Shown here: in pieces, positions 1 to 8,274 of the stretch | Position numbering within the stretch: the stretch's first letter is position 1 | Layout of the letters: every line of letters begins with the position of its first letter | Source of the DNA: an archaeon | GTDB taxonomy: Archaea; Asgardarchaeota; Thorarchaeia; Thorarchaeales; Thorarchaeaceae | NCBI GenBank assembly: GCA_024276825.1 | Contig: JAJRWI010000019.1 | Span: 1-19,287 of the forward strand | Direction: 5' to 3' | Length of the DNA stretch: 19,287 bases | Made by a program: the position numbers and the translations under genes | The notes under the pieces: generated by a model | Databases searched by the model: none | The model's input: only the letters and a program-made list of their open reading frames with translations | What the model was told of the DNA's origin: nothing

Positions 1-2301
1 AGAGATGTTATTCCGTTTCATCCAATTGCGAATTCGGGGCTCACGTTTTGCCATCCAATGATTTCCGGTCTGAAAATGACAGTCAGAGGGCAGATGACAT
101 CCAGAATAGAGAACTGCGCCTGCGCCCAATTCGAAGGCTCTCTGCGCAAACTTGACAGCAAACCTACCCGAGCACATAGCCCTAATCACTCGCGAGTTTG
201 TCGGATACTGCATTCGTGAAACACCAGCCAAGTCGGAGCCGCGATATGAACAAAATGCACATGCAAAAGCAATCACTTTCTTCTCGGGGTCCTTGGCAAG
301 AGCGGTTTCAATCTGGGCAAATATCTGGTTGTCAGTGAAGTTAGGCATGTATATTGCGCCTTTGGGACAATCGCCGGCGCATGTCCCGCATGCCCTGCAC
401 AGCGCTGAAACAACAGTGAACTTACCAGTGCCATCCTGCGTGATTGCACCATAAGGACATCTCTTCACACAGGTACCACATCGCGAACACAAATCCTGTA
501 GAATCTTGGCACTCAAGGCCTCTATTGGATATCGACCCATCTGCAGAATTACAGCAGCTCGTCCTGCAGCTGCGCTGGCTTGAATGACAGAGTCACGAAT
601 GTCCTTTGGCGATTCGGCACCACCACAGATGAAAACGCCTGCTGTACTTGTATCTACAGGGGCCAGCTTGGGATGAGACTCTATGTAGAAATGGTCCTCA
701 GTGGTTGATAGTGGGAAGGGGATATTGCCTGCAGTTCCTTCTGCGCCCATAGAGAGGATGACCATGTCAAACTCTTTCATCAGCAATTCATTATGCGTTG
801 TGTCCTCAACGGTTACACGAAGGTTCTTTGTATGTGGGAACTGTTGAATCTCGCCAACTCTTCCTCTTACAAACCTCACCCCCACTTGGCGTGCCAGCCT
901 ATATTGGTCCTCAAAGTATTTGCCATGCATTCTCAGGTCTTGGTAGTATATCACAACATCTGTTTCAGGATGGTGTTCTTTGATCAACAGAGAACACTTA
1001 ACAGATTCCGCACAACAATAATTGGAACAGCCCGTTCGTGTGGAGATATTACGGGAGCCAACGCACTGGACGATGGCAATCGATTTTGGCTCTGTGTGAT
1101 CACTAGGTCTTACAAGATGACCCTCTGTGGGACCTGCTGCATTAATTAGACGTTCGAATTCTAGCGTAGTGATGACATTTGGATATCGTCCCCAGCCCAG
1201 TCGTGGAATCTTTAATGGGTCAGCCATCTTGAAACCGGTTGCCACAATTATGACACCCACATCAAATTCAATGAACTGTTCCATATCCTCAGGCGTGACT
1301 GCTTTTTGCTCGCAACGATCAATACATTTTCCACAACGGATCAGGTCCATACCCAGACAGGCATCTGGATCAATCACAAAAGATGAAGGGACTGCCTGAG
1401 GAAATGGAATATAGATTGCCTTCCTCCAACTCAAGTTCTGATCAGTGCGATGGGGAACATCAATTGGACATACCTCCACACACTCACTGCATGCAGTACA
1501 TTTCTCGGGATCTATGAACCTCGGTTTTTGCCGAACCCTCACGTGAAAGTTTCCGACATATCCTGACACTTCTTCCAATTCAGCCATTGTATAGAGTCTG
1601 ATATTTGGGTGTTGATAGACATCTACCATCTTAGGGCCAAGAATACAAATACTGCAGTCATTCTGGGGAAAGACTTTATCGAGTATTGCCATGGTGCCCC
1701 CAATTGTGGGCTCCTTCTCAATCAGATAGACCAGGTAACCCATCTCTGCAAGATCATAAGCAGCTTGCATCCCTGCTACTCCCGCTCCAACCACCATTGC
1801 GGCCTGTGTGACATTCACATCTTGTTCGGGTTGTGGCTCAAGAGTAGAGGCTTTGGCAACCGCCATGGCCACCAATTCTTTGGCCTTCTCAGTGGCGAGT
1901 TCTGGCTCCTTCTGATGAACCCATGATACGTGTTCACGAATATTTGCCATTATGCAGAGATAGGGGTTAAGACCTGCCGCTTTGACAGCCTTTCGAAAAG
2001 TGGTTTCATGCATTGTTGGGGAACACGAAGCAACCACAACACGATTTAGGCCGTGCTCTGCAATTGCAGTCTGAATCTCTTTTTGGCCGGGGTCCGCACA
2101 TGTATACCGGTTCTGTTGAACAAACACGACACCAGGGAGAGTTTCTGCAAACTTGCAGACCTCATCAATATCAACAACTGCCCCAATATTCTTTCCACAT
2201 CGGCATGGAAAGACACCAATCCTCAATTCCTCGCCCCGATGGGAGATGGCAATTTCGGGACTGCTCTGTTTTGAAACTTGTTGTGAGTCTCCAGAGGTCA
2301 A
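1..2301 (-). CDS. hdrA: Heterodisulfide reductase subunit A-like flavoprotein fused to a C-terminal MvhD ([2Fe-2S] hydrogenase delta) domain; 3' end runs off the window
   Basis: Manual translation of the minus strand gives a continuous frame from TTG at 2301 (preceded by an in-frame TAA and a GGGTGTG SD-like motif) to base 1. HdrA motifs: IGVFPCRCGKNI, YTCADPGQ, VVVASCSP, NIREHVSWVH, FAD-binding VVGAGVAGMQAA, DKVFPQNDCSICILGPK, CTACSECVEVCP, QCVGSR, CSNYCC, GGAESPKDIRDSV, CSRCGTCVKRCP, CRACGTCAGDCP. MvhD motifs: FACAFCSYRGSD, MCSGR, GCHLPSDCHFQTGN. Confidence 0.95.
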   Translation of the reverse strand, partial: MTSGDSQQVSKQSSPEIAISHRGEELRIGVFPCRCGKNIGAVVDIDEVCKFAETLPGVVFVQQNRYTCADPGQKEIQTAIAEHGLNRVVVASCSPTMHETTFRKAVKAAGLNPYLCIMANIREHVSWVHQKEPELATEKAKELVAMAVAKASTLEPQPEQDVNVTQAAMVVGAGVAGMQAAYDLAEMGYLVYLIEKEPTIGGTMAILDKVFPQNDCSICILGPKMVDVYQHPNIRLYTMAELEEVSGYVGNFHVRVRQKPRFIDPEKCTACSECVEVCPIDVPHRTDQNLSWRKAIYIPFPQAVPSSFVIDPDACLGMDLIRCGKCIDRCEQKAVTPEDMEQFIEFDVGVIIVATGFKMADPLKIPRLGWGRYPNVITTLEFERLINAAGPTEGHLVRPSDHTEPKSIAIVQCVGSRNISTRTGCSNYCCAESVKCSLLIKEHHPETDVVIYYQDLRMHGKYFEDQYRLARQVGVRFVRGRVGEIQQFPHTKNLRVTVEDTTHNELLMKEFDMVILSMGAEGTAGNIPFPLSTTEDHFYIESHPKLAPVDTSTAGVFICGGAESPKDIRDSVIQASAAAGRAAVILQMGRYPIEALSAKILQDLCSRCGTCVKRCPYGAITQDGTGKFTVVSALCRACGTCAGDCPKGAIYMPNFTDNQIFAQIETALAKDPEKKVIAFACAFCSYRGSDLAGVSRMQYPTNSRVIRAMCSGRFAVKFAQRAFELGAGAVLYSGCHLPSDCHFQTGNHWMAKREPRIRNWMKRNNIS

Positions 2302-2334
2302 TTATGACACACCCAGGAATAACGCTCCTTTTTT

Positions 2335-2379
2335 GCATTGGAGCTTAACTCAATGCGCGTACCAAAAGGGAGTAATAAA
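2335..2379 (-). promoter_or_regulatory. Putative hdrA promoter: TATA-like TTTATTA (2373-2379) plus inverted repeat GCATTG-N10-CAATGC (2335-2356)
   Basis: TATA-like box on the minus strand about 70 nt upstream of the TTG start; the palindrome overlaps the expected transcription start site. Confidence 0.4.
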
Positions 2380-2450
2380 GGTTGAGAACGGATGTGCCGT
2401 TTTGTACATCAGCCCTCAGGTCAAGTCAGAGAAGAAACGCATTTTTACAG

Positions 2451-4439
2451 CTAATTATTGGAATGGTACATTTTTCGCCAGAAAATGACTGTACCAATGG
2501 AGATTGGAACTATACTAATTAAGAGTATGATGATTATTGTGTTTATTTTAGGGTTATGATCATATCCATCGGGTGCCAGATCGACATCGTAGTCTGGAAT
2601 TAGAGGGTCAAGGCCATCTATAAGTTCGAGTTGATCTCGCAGACCATCATTATCTGTGTCATCGGAAAGGGGGTTCATTCCTCGGGCGACCTCTTCAACA
2701 TCAGGCACACCATCAAAGTCGCCATCTGATGACCAAGGATCTGAACCATAGATGTATTCCTGATAGTTCGTTAATGTGTCATTGTCATAATCAGCAGCCG
2801 AGTCATTGACGAGCGGGTTAGTGAGAAATGTCACTTCCCAGTAATCGTCCATTGCATCCCCATCAGTATCATTCGTTGAGGGATCAAGGCCCATCATCAG
2901 TTCGCGAATGTTGTTCAGACCATCATGATCGAGGTCCTCAAGGGTGTCATCACGAAGAGGGTCCATTCCATACATGACTTCAACTCCATCAGCAATTGAG
3001 TCAGAGTCTGTGTCCGAGATGAAGATATCAGTGCCATAGAGCTTCTCCTCATCATCAGGAAGTAGGTCATGGTCCCAATCAAGTGGGGGATTTGGCTCAG
3101 GCCAAGAGTATTGGTCCTTATCGAGTGTTCCATCACCATCCGTGTCCGAGGTATAGTTCAAGTAGAGTTCTATATCCACGGGTTCATCATACAAGTTTGT
3201 GACTTGCACATACAAGGGGCCCAAAGGGATAATTGAGGGGGTTTGGATCGAAAATCTCTGCTCGGAAATCTCAATGGGGCCATATAATGTGTTTGTACCG
3301 TTGTGAAATGAGATGCGTACTGTTCCATTAATGGACTTTGATCCTGAAAGCTTAAGGGTCTGGGGATTAGATATCACAGTTCTTATGAAAGCCTGACCTT
3401 TGGGTTCTAGCGTCTGCTTTAGTTTGAATGAGGTTTCATGGCCATTTCCTTTTAACCCCAGATATACCGCAACAGACGCAGCTGCTTTGGCAAGATTGAG
3501 AGCCTGCTCCTTATCATAGCTCGTTGAACTCACAACATCTGCAGGAGCATTCTCAGGGTCAATTGTATGACCTCCCCTGACATTTATTGCAGGAAAGCCC
3601 TCATGCCAGAATGACCAGTGGTCTGTCTGAGTGGACCAGTCTTGAACTGAACTCATAACATCCATCCCTGTTCTTTGCATTGCAGCAACTAGTAGATCCG
3701 CCAGATACTTCGTTTCATGATAGCCATAAGTGAACATGTTGTTATATTCCGCAAGAAGGCGCTCATGTGGGTCTTGCAATGGGTCAACATATAGAAGTTC
3801 ATCAAAATTATAATATGCAATAACCTTCACGCCATTATCCTTCAGGTATTGTGCAACATCTTTAGAACCCCACATCGCTCGAAGCTGCTGCTGATCATCA
3901 AGAAACACTGTATTGTAGGAGAAGAATCCATAGTATATATCAATAGGCAGCCTGAATTGAGAAAGGATGCTGGCAATTGCAGAAACTACAGCACAACCAC
4001 CCGCATTCTGTTGAACTCCTATACCAGACTCATCACTATCAAGATGTGCTCCAAAGACAATTGCTCTCTTATCGGTGCCATATCCCCTCTGATGACCCAG
4101 CACAGAATAATGCGTGCCAACATAATCAGTTTCGATTCCAAGATCATTTAGGCGATCAATGAGGTAGGATGCCGCTGTATAGTAGTGAGTATTTGGATTC
4201 TTCATATAGCGATTTCCAAACCCCGCAATCTTTCCCAGAGGCTCGAGGAGTTCTGAGAGCGAGGCTATTTCCTCTGCAATATCCCACCAGTTCAGGTTAT
4301 TGTAAGGATGGGGCTCTATGATAACTTCTTGGGGAGGAGCAGTCTGGTTCTGAGGTGTGAACAAGAGAAGATATGATACTGTTCCGCTAGATATGATGAG
4401 GGCAAGTAATATCAATGCCGAGGTCCGTCTGGAACGCAT
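2451..4439 (-). CDS. Membrane-anchored M28 (Zn-aminopeptidase) fold protein with Ca-binding DxDxDG (TSP3-like) repeats; active site degenerate
   Basis: N-terminal hydrophobic anchor; M28-like motifs AIVFGAHLDS, NAGGCAVV, YYNFDEL, TDHWSFWHEGFPAI; a beta-rich middle domain; about 9 DxDxD repeats; C-terminal TM (TIIIILLISIVPISIGTVIFW) followed by RK. Confidence 0.85.
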   Translation of the reverse strand: MRSRRTSALILLALIISSGTVSYLLLFTPQNQTAPPQEVIIEPHPYNNLNWWDIAEEIASLSELLEPLGKIAGFGNRYMKNPNTHYYTAASYLIDRLNDLGIETDYVGTHYSVLGHQRGYGTDKRAIVFGAHLDSDESGIGVQQNAGGCAVVSAIASILSQFRLPIDIYYGFFSYNTVFLDDQQQLRAMWGSKDVAQYLKDNGVKVIAYYNFDELLYVDPLQDPHERLLAEYNNMFTYGYHETKYLADLLVAAMQRTGMDVMSSVQDWSTQTDHWSFWHEGFPAINVRGGHTIDPENAPADVVSSTSYDKEQALNLAKAAASVAVYLGLKGNGHETSFKLKQTLEPKGQAFIRTVISNPQTLKLSGSKSINGTVRISFHNGTNTLYGPIEISEQRFSIQTPSIIPLGPLYVQVTNLYDEPVDIELYLNYTSDTDGDGTLDKDQYSWPEPNPPLDWDHDLLPDDEEKLYGTDIFISDTDSDSIADGVEVMYGMDPLRDDTLEDLDHDGLNNIRELMMGLDPSTNDTDGDAMDDYWEVTFLTNPLVNDSAADYDNDTLTNYQEYIYGSDPWSSDGDFDGVPDVEEVARGMNPLSDDTDNDGLRDQLELIDGLDPLIPDYDVDLAPDGYDHNPKINTIIIILLISIVPISIGTVIFWRKMYHSNN
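2550..3146 (-). repeat. About 9 tandem acidic Ca-binding repeats (DxDxDGxxDxxE...G.DP), 20-24 aa period
   Basis: DTDGDGTLD, DWDHDLLPD, DTDSDSIAD, DLDHDGLNN, DTDGDAMDD, DYDNDTLTN, DGDFDGVPD, DTDNDGLRD, DYDVDLAPD in the translation. Confidence 0.85.
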
Positions 4440-4469
4440 AATGAATCAGGCTGTCGGAGGAAGATATCC

Positions 4470-4523
4470 ATAAAAAAGGTGCGAATCGAACAAGATTTTG
4501 ACTCATTGACAGCCCTTATATTT
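4470..4523. promoter_or_regulatory. Divergent promoter region with two TATA-like boxes
   Basis: TTTTTTAT on the minus strand (4470-4477) about 30 nt before ATG 4439; CTTATATTT on the plus strand (4515-4523) about 30-45 nt before ATG 4554/4569. Confidence 0.45.
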
Positions 4524-4553
4524 AACTTATCGGAGTAATCGTAATCCACAAAA

Positions 4554-5675
4554 ATGGATGGCGGTCAAATGGTAGAATTCGACAAATGCGTTCGATGCGG
4601 TTCATGCCTTAAGATATGCCCGATTTTCGAGGTAATCGGAGAGGAACAGTACTCGCCGCGAGGGAAGCTGTACCTGCTGCAGATTATGGACATGATAGAG
4701 AATGACAAGGAACTCGGCAAAGAGTTCAGAAGGCTTCTGTTTCAATGTACTCTCTGTGGAAGGTGTAGTGAGACCTGTTCATCAGATGTCGATCTTCTTA
4801 AGGTTTGGCACGAACAGAGAGGAAAGGCAATTCATGAGGCCCCAGAGGAGTTTGCATATCTTGATGCATTGAGAGATGCCCTTAGTGAAGTGAAGAACAT
4901 TTACGGCCTTGACCCTGAAGACAGAGCAGTGTTCTGGATGGATGAACTTGAGGACGAGTTCCCCAACCTCGAAGAACATGTATATTCAGAGGGAAAAACA
5001 GCAGAGGTGATGGTGTTCCTCGGATGCTTAATGTCGTTTCGTGGAAGCCAGATTGATGTAGTGAGAGGGCTAATATCATCATTGGAGAAAGAAGGCGTGG
5101 ATTATCTGCTCATGGGCGCAGAAGAGTTCTGCTGTGGGCATCCATTATATCTCACTGGTGATGATGCAGGAGCGAAGCAACTCAGGGATCATAACAGAGA
5201 TGTCATCCATAAGGCAAAAGCTAAGACTGTGGTCACCTGTTGCCCAGGATGCTTGATTCAATTATCAAAGTATCATGAGCTTGGAGATGTCGAGGCACTT
5301 CATCACACACAGTTCTTTGATCGCCTGCTTAAAACCACGCCAAAAACAAAGAGAAGCGAAGAGTTTGCATATCATGACCCTTGCGAGCTGCACAGAATTC
5401 TGGGCATCAAGAAGGAGCCCAGATCCCTTCTGAATAAGATGAAGGTCAACTTTCGTGAGATGGACCTAGCATGTTGTGGGGGTGGCGGGCTTTTGCGGAT
5501 GACTGATCCTAACCTCAGTGACAAGGTCATCCAGCTCCGCAAGGCTAAGGAGAGGATACAGGACACTACTGTTGTGACTGCTTGTCCGTCATGCAGAGAA
5601 CAGCTTCTGAGCGCTGGAAGCAAGACTGTGGATATTATAGAACTGCTTGCTGAAGCACTGGAGGATGAACAATGA
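4554..5675 (+). CDS. HdrD/GlcF/GlpC-like Fe-S oxidoreductase (two [4Fe-4S] motifs plus two CCG domains)
   Basis: CVRCGSCLKICP and CTLCGRCSETC ferredoxin motifs, SPRGK, FLGC..EFCCG..TCCPGC and YHDPC..ACCGGGG..TACPSC. The true start may be ATG 4569. Confidence 0.9.
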   Translation: MDGGQMVEFDKCVRCGSCLKICPIFEVIGEEQYSPRGKLYLLQIMDMIENDKELGKEFRRLLFQCTLCGRCSETCSSDVDLLKVWHEQRGKAIHEAPEEFAYLDALRDALSEVKNIYGLDPEDRAVFWMDELEDEFPNLEEHVYSEGKTAEVMVFLGCLMSFRGSQIDVVRGLISSLEKEGVDYLLMGAEEFCCGHPLYLTGDDAGAKQLRDHNRDVIHKAKAKTVVTCCPGCLIQLSKYHELGDVEALHHTQFFDRLLKTTPKTKRSEEFAYHDPCELHRILGIKKEPRSLLNKMKVNFREMDLACCGGGGLLRMTDPNLSDKVIQLRKAKERIQDTTVVTACPSCREQLLSAGSKTVDIIELLAEALEDEQ

Positions 5676-7015
5676 GGATACGTGATGTTGTTATTGGTGC
5701 AAATGCCTCAATGTACTATAGACTGAACTTCTCGAAGATCAGGGGAGTGTTTTATCCAAGGTCTGAACAAGAGGTCCTACAGATTGTTCTCAAGGCAAAT
5801 GAGCAGGGACTTGATATTACTCCTAAGGGTGGTGGTTCTGGTCTAAGTGGTGCATGTACAGGGGGTGATCGTGAGAGGTTCATGATAAGCACGCTTCAGA
5901 TGAGGGAGATTCTGACAATCTCGAAAGACCAGAGATATGTCGATGTCCAGCCCGGTGCTACGCCTAATGAGATTAATGATCTCTTGGAGCCGCTCAAGAT
6001 GAAATTCTATGTTGCTCCGAGCAGCCGTGACATTGCCACTGTTGGTGGGCTCATCAGCACCGATGGCGGTGGAAATGATACATGGGTCAATGGCACAATG
6101 AGGGACAACACCATTCGTGTGAAAATGATACTATATAATGGTGCACAGCTTGTTGTTGATTGGGATGGTGTCAGGTCAAATGACAAGTCCCTTGAAGAAA
6201 AACTGAACAGGGCAGGTATGACAATTCATGATGTGGCTAGTTCACATGGAACACTTGGAATTATCACAGAACTTCGTGTGAGAATCAAGCCTTTGGTTGA
6301 GGAAGAGTTGATTGGAGGGGTTGCCGAGTTTGATGACTATGACTCGCTTGGCCAAGCAATTCAGAGTCTGATAGATGCCAAGTTTCCAGTGAGATATGGC
6401 GAGGCTATAGTCCAGGCTCATGAGGATGTTCGTGGAGACCTCAGACTCCCCTTGTTAGTCCTTGAGTACCCAAGGGATGATGCATTACAAGAGAAGCTGA
6501 CGGCGATTGCAGACTTCAGACATTTGAGCAAGGAGGAGGTAGAATATCTCAAGGACACACGCATCAAGCTGCCAAAACGCAATCCCAAAGAGGGCATCCA
6601 GGTAGCACTCTTTGAGGGCTATGGACTTCATGGCAAGAGTCTGACCGAGATGAGTCATAGCATAACTGAAGTCAACGAACTCTTAATGGAAGACGGATTT
6701 CGCCCCTTTGCTAAGTACGGTCATGCCCCTAGCAAGTGGTATCTTGGCGACAATTCAGAGGCCTTTGGATTGGTCATGCATTCGAGAGAGATTCGACCAG
6801 AGGGAAGGTCAGGTAAGGAGATCTTCAAGACGGTCGCGCGAATTGTTGACAAATGCCTTGAACTCGGAATAACTCCCAAGCCAGAGCACAAGTGGCCATT
6901 CAGCGATGATGTGAAGAAGAAGAGAATTATGAAACTTCGCGATATCATTGGCGGCGGGTTTAACTCGTTCATCCTTGATGACAATGCAGGAGAGGTCCTT
7001 GGGAGCATGGTGTAA
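5672..7015 (+). CDS. FAD-binding oxidoreductase, GlcD / D-lactate dehydrogenase (PCMH/VAO) family
   Basis: PKGGGSGLSGA, VDVQPG, PSSRDIATVGGLISTDGGG, SSHGTLGIITE, and C-terminal GH...H...EH metal ligands; ATGA overlap with the upstream gene. Confidence 0.88.
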   Translation: MRIRDVVIGANASMYYRLNFSKIRGVFYPRSEQEVLQIVLKANEQGLDITPKGGGSGLSGACTGGDRERFMISTLQMREILTISKDQRYVDVQPGATPNEINDLLEPLKMKFYVAPSSRDIATVGGLISTDGGGNDTWVNGTMRDNTIRVKMILYNGAQLVVDWDGVRSNDKSLEEKLNRAGMTIHDVASSHGTLGIITELRVRIKPLVEEELIGGVAEFDDYDSLGQAIQSLIDAKFPVRYGEAIVQAHEDVRGDLRLPLLVLEYPRDDALQEKLTAIADFRHLSKEEVEYLKDTRIKLPKRNPKEGIQVALFEGYGLHGKSLTEMSHSITEVNELLMEDGFRPFAKYGHAPSKWYLGDNSEAFGLVMHSREIRPEGRSGKEIFKTVARIVDKCLELGITPKPEHKWPFSDDVKKKRIMKLRDIIGGGFNSFILDDNAGEVLGSMV

Positions 7016-7035
7016 GGCCGGATTACTTTCGGCCT
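7015..7035 (+). terminator. GC-rich hairpin directly after the stop codon
   Basis: AGGCCG-GATTACTTT-CGGCCT inverted repeat. Confidence 0.5.
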
Positions 7036-7048
7036 ACCCTCTTAGGGG

Positions 7049-7056
7049 TTTATATA
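7049..7056 (+). promoter_or_regulatory. TATA box of the cdc6-like gene (probably a leaderless or near-leaderless transcript)
   Basis: TTTATATA ending 23 nt before ATG 7079. Confidence 0.6.
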
Positions 7057-7078
7057 GTATCTTCCAGACATTGTTACG

Positions 7079-8221
7079 ATGATAATGGTCAGATCTCACA
7101 GAAGTCCCCGTGGCCTTTTCGATCCTTATTACGTTCCGGAGAGGCTTCTTCATCGTGATAGGGAGTTAGCGATGATTGATGGCGTGTATAGTGATTCTTA
7201 TGAAGACGAGTATGGAGTGAACTGTCTTGTCCATGGAATCACTGGTGTTGGCAGAACTGTGTTCTCACGATATTTTCTGACAAAGGTCATTCCTCAGAAG
7301 TTTGATGCACATACGGTCTATGTAGATGCCAGATACAAGAGTGTGACAGAAATTGTTTCAGAATTGAGTGATAAGATTCTATCCCTAGAAGAGAAACCTG
7401 TCACCATAGCATTTGACCTTGATCAATTGTGGATTCAGTTCAAGCGTGCAGCCTCAGCATCATCCAAAAGAACAGTGTTCGTCATTGACAATATTGATGA
7501 TGCTAATGAGGAGGTCTATGTAAAGCTTGCAAGACTCTCAAAGGAGATTAAGGCTAGCACGATAGGCGTATTGAACAGTCATGATTACAGATTTCTCACC
7601 AAGGTGCCTGCAAGCTCAATGGCATACGACTTTGAGATTGCGCTGGACATATTCACCCAGTCCCAACTATATGAGATAATCCGAATGAGGGTTGAGGACA
7701 CATTTCCGACAGGTCTCACAGAAGAGGCCATTAGATACCTATGCGACATCGTTACTGAGTTTGATGCCTCAAAGCCCAAGTCATCTATTGAGGCCTTGAA
7801 AGTTCTCTGGCCACTGGCTCAGAGTGGAAAGGACATTGACTCTGACGCAATCAGGGCGGCAACATCAAAGATTACATCCATCGCTCATGATCAGGAGTAT
7901 CTTGACATTGTTGATATAATCAGCATGAATGACTTCATGACCCTCCTCGTCCTTGAGGCCCTTGCTGAGCATCTGATGCGATATAAGACTGAGGCATATA
8001 TTGACAGACAAATATTGAACGAGCTGGTTGAAATCAAGTGTGAAGAGATGAGCATCAAATATGCCAAAGAAGACATCGACAAGAGCCTACAGACCCTAAT
8101 CTTTCAGAGTATTGTTTTTGAGTCAGGCTATTCGAGAGACCTACTTTATGTGCTGGTCCCACCAGAGATATTATACGACACAGCATTAGTGCTGAGGAGA
8201 GAGCTTATAAGAAGAAAATAA
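7079..8221 (+). CDS. cdc6: Orc1/Cdc6-family AAA+ protein, divergent paralogue with degenerate ATPase motifs
   Basis: Family N-terminal signature LFDPYYVPERLLHRDREL, Walker A-like GITGVGRT, TVYVDA, Walker B-like FVIDNID, FTQSQLYEIIRMRV (cf. Y..EQL.DIL..R), and a winged-helix-sized C-terminus. Confidence 0.85.
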   Translation: MIMVRSHRSPRGLFDPYYVPERLLHRDRELAMIDGVYSDSYEDEYGVNCLVHGITGVGRTVFSRYFLTKVIPQKFDAHTVYVDARYKSVTEIVSELSDKILSLEEKPVTIAFDLDQLWIQFKRAASASSKRTVFVIDNIDDANEEVYVKLARLSKEIKASTIGVLNSHDYRFLTKVPASSMAYDFEIALDIFTQSQLYEIIRMRVEDTFPTGLTEEAIRYLCDIVTEFDASKPKSSIEALKVLWPLAQSGKDIDSDAIRAATSKITSIAHDQEYLDIVDIISMNDFMTLLVLEALAEHLMRYKTEAYIDRQILNELVEIKCEEMSIKYAKEDIDKSLQTLIFQSIVFESGYSRDLLYVLVPPEILYDTALVLRRELIRRK

Positions 8222-8230
8222 AGGGATATT

Positions 8231-8254
8231 GAGTGGCCGGTTACCCGGCCATTC
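8231..8254. terminator. Hairpin between the convergent cdc6-like and gcvH-like genes
   Basis: GAGTGGCCGG-TTAC-CCGGCCATTC: 10-bp stem with one G.T pair. Confidence 0.55.
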
Positions 8255-8274
8255 TTCAAAATCCAAAGAATGTT

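Noticed and set aside
2080-2084. Possible frameshift in hdrA at the T run
   Set aside because: A recount gives five Ts, which reads in frame as GQKEIQ; the frame at the start (2301) and at base 1 agree.
1-2301. Selenocysteine recoding in HdrA or MvhD
   Set aside because: The candidate positions are ordinary Cys codons and no in-frame TGA was seen.
152-2488. Plus-strand ORFs (152..454, 793..1149, 798..983, 1127..1399, 1609..1926, 2013..2348, 2053..2274, 2153..2488)
   Set aside because: Antisense shadows of the clearly recognisable hdrA-mvhD gene; no motifs of their own.
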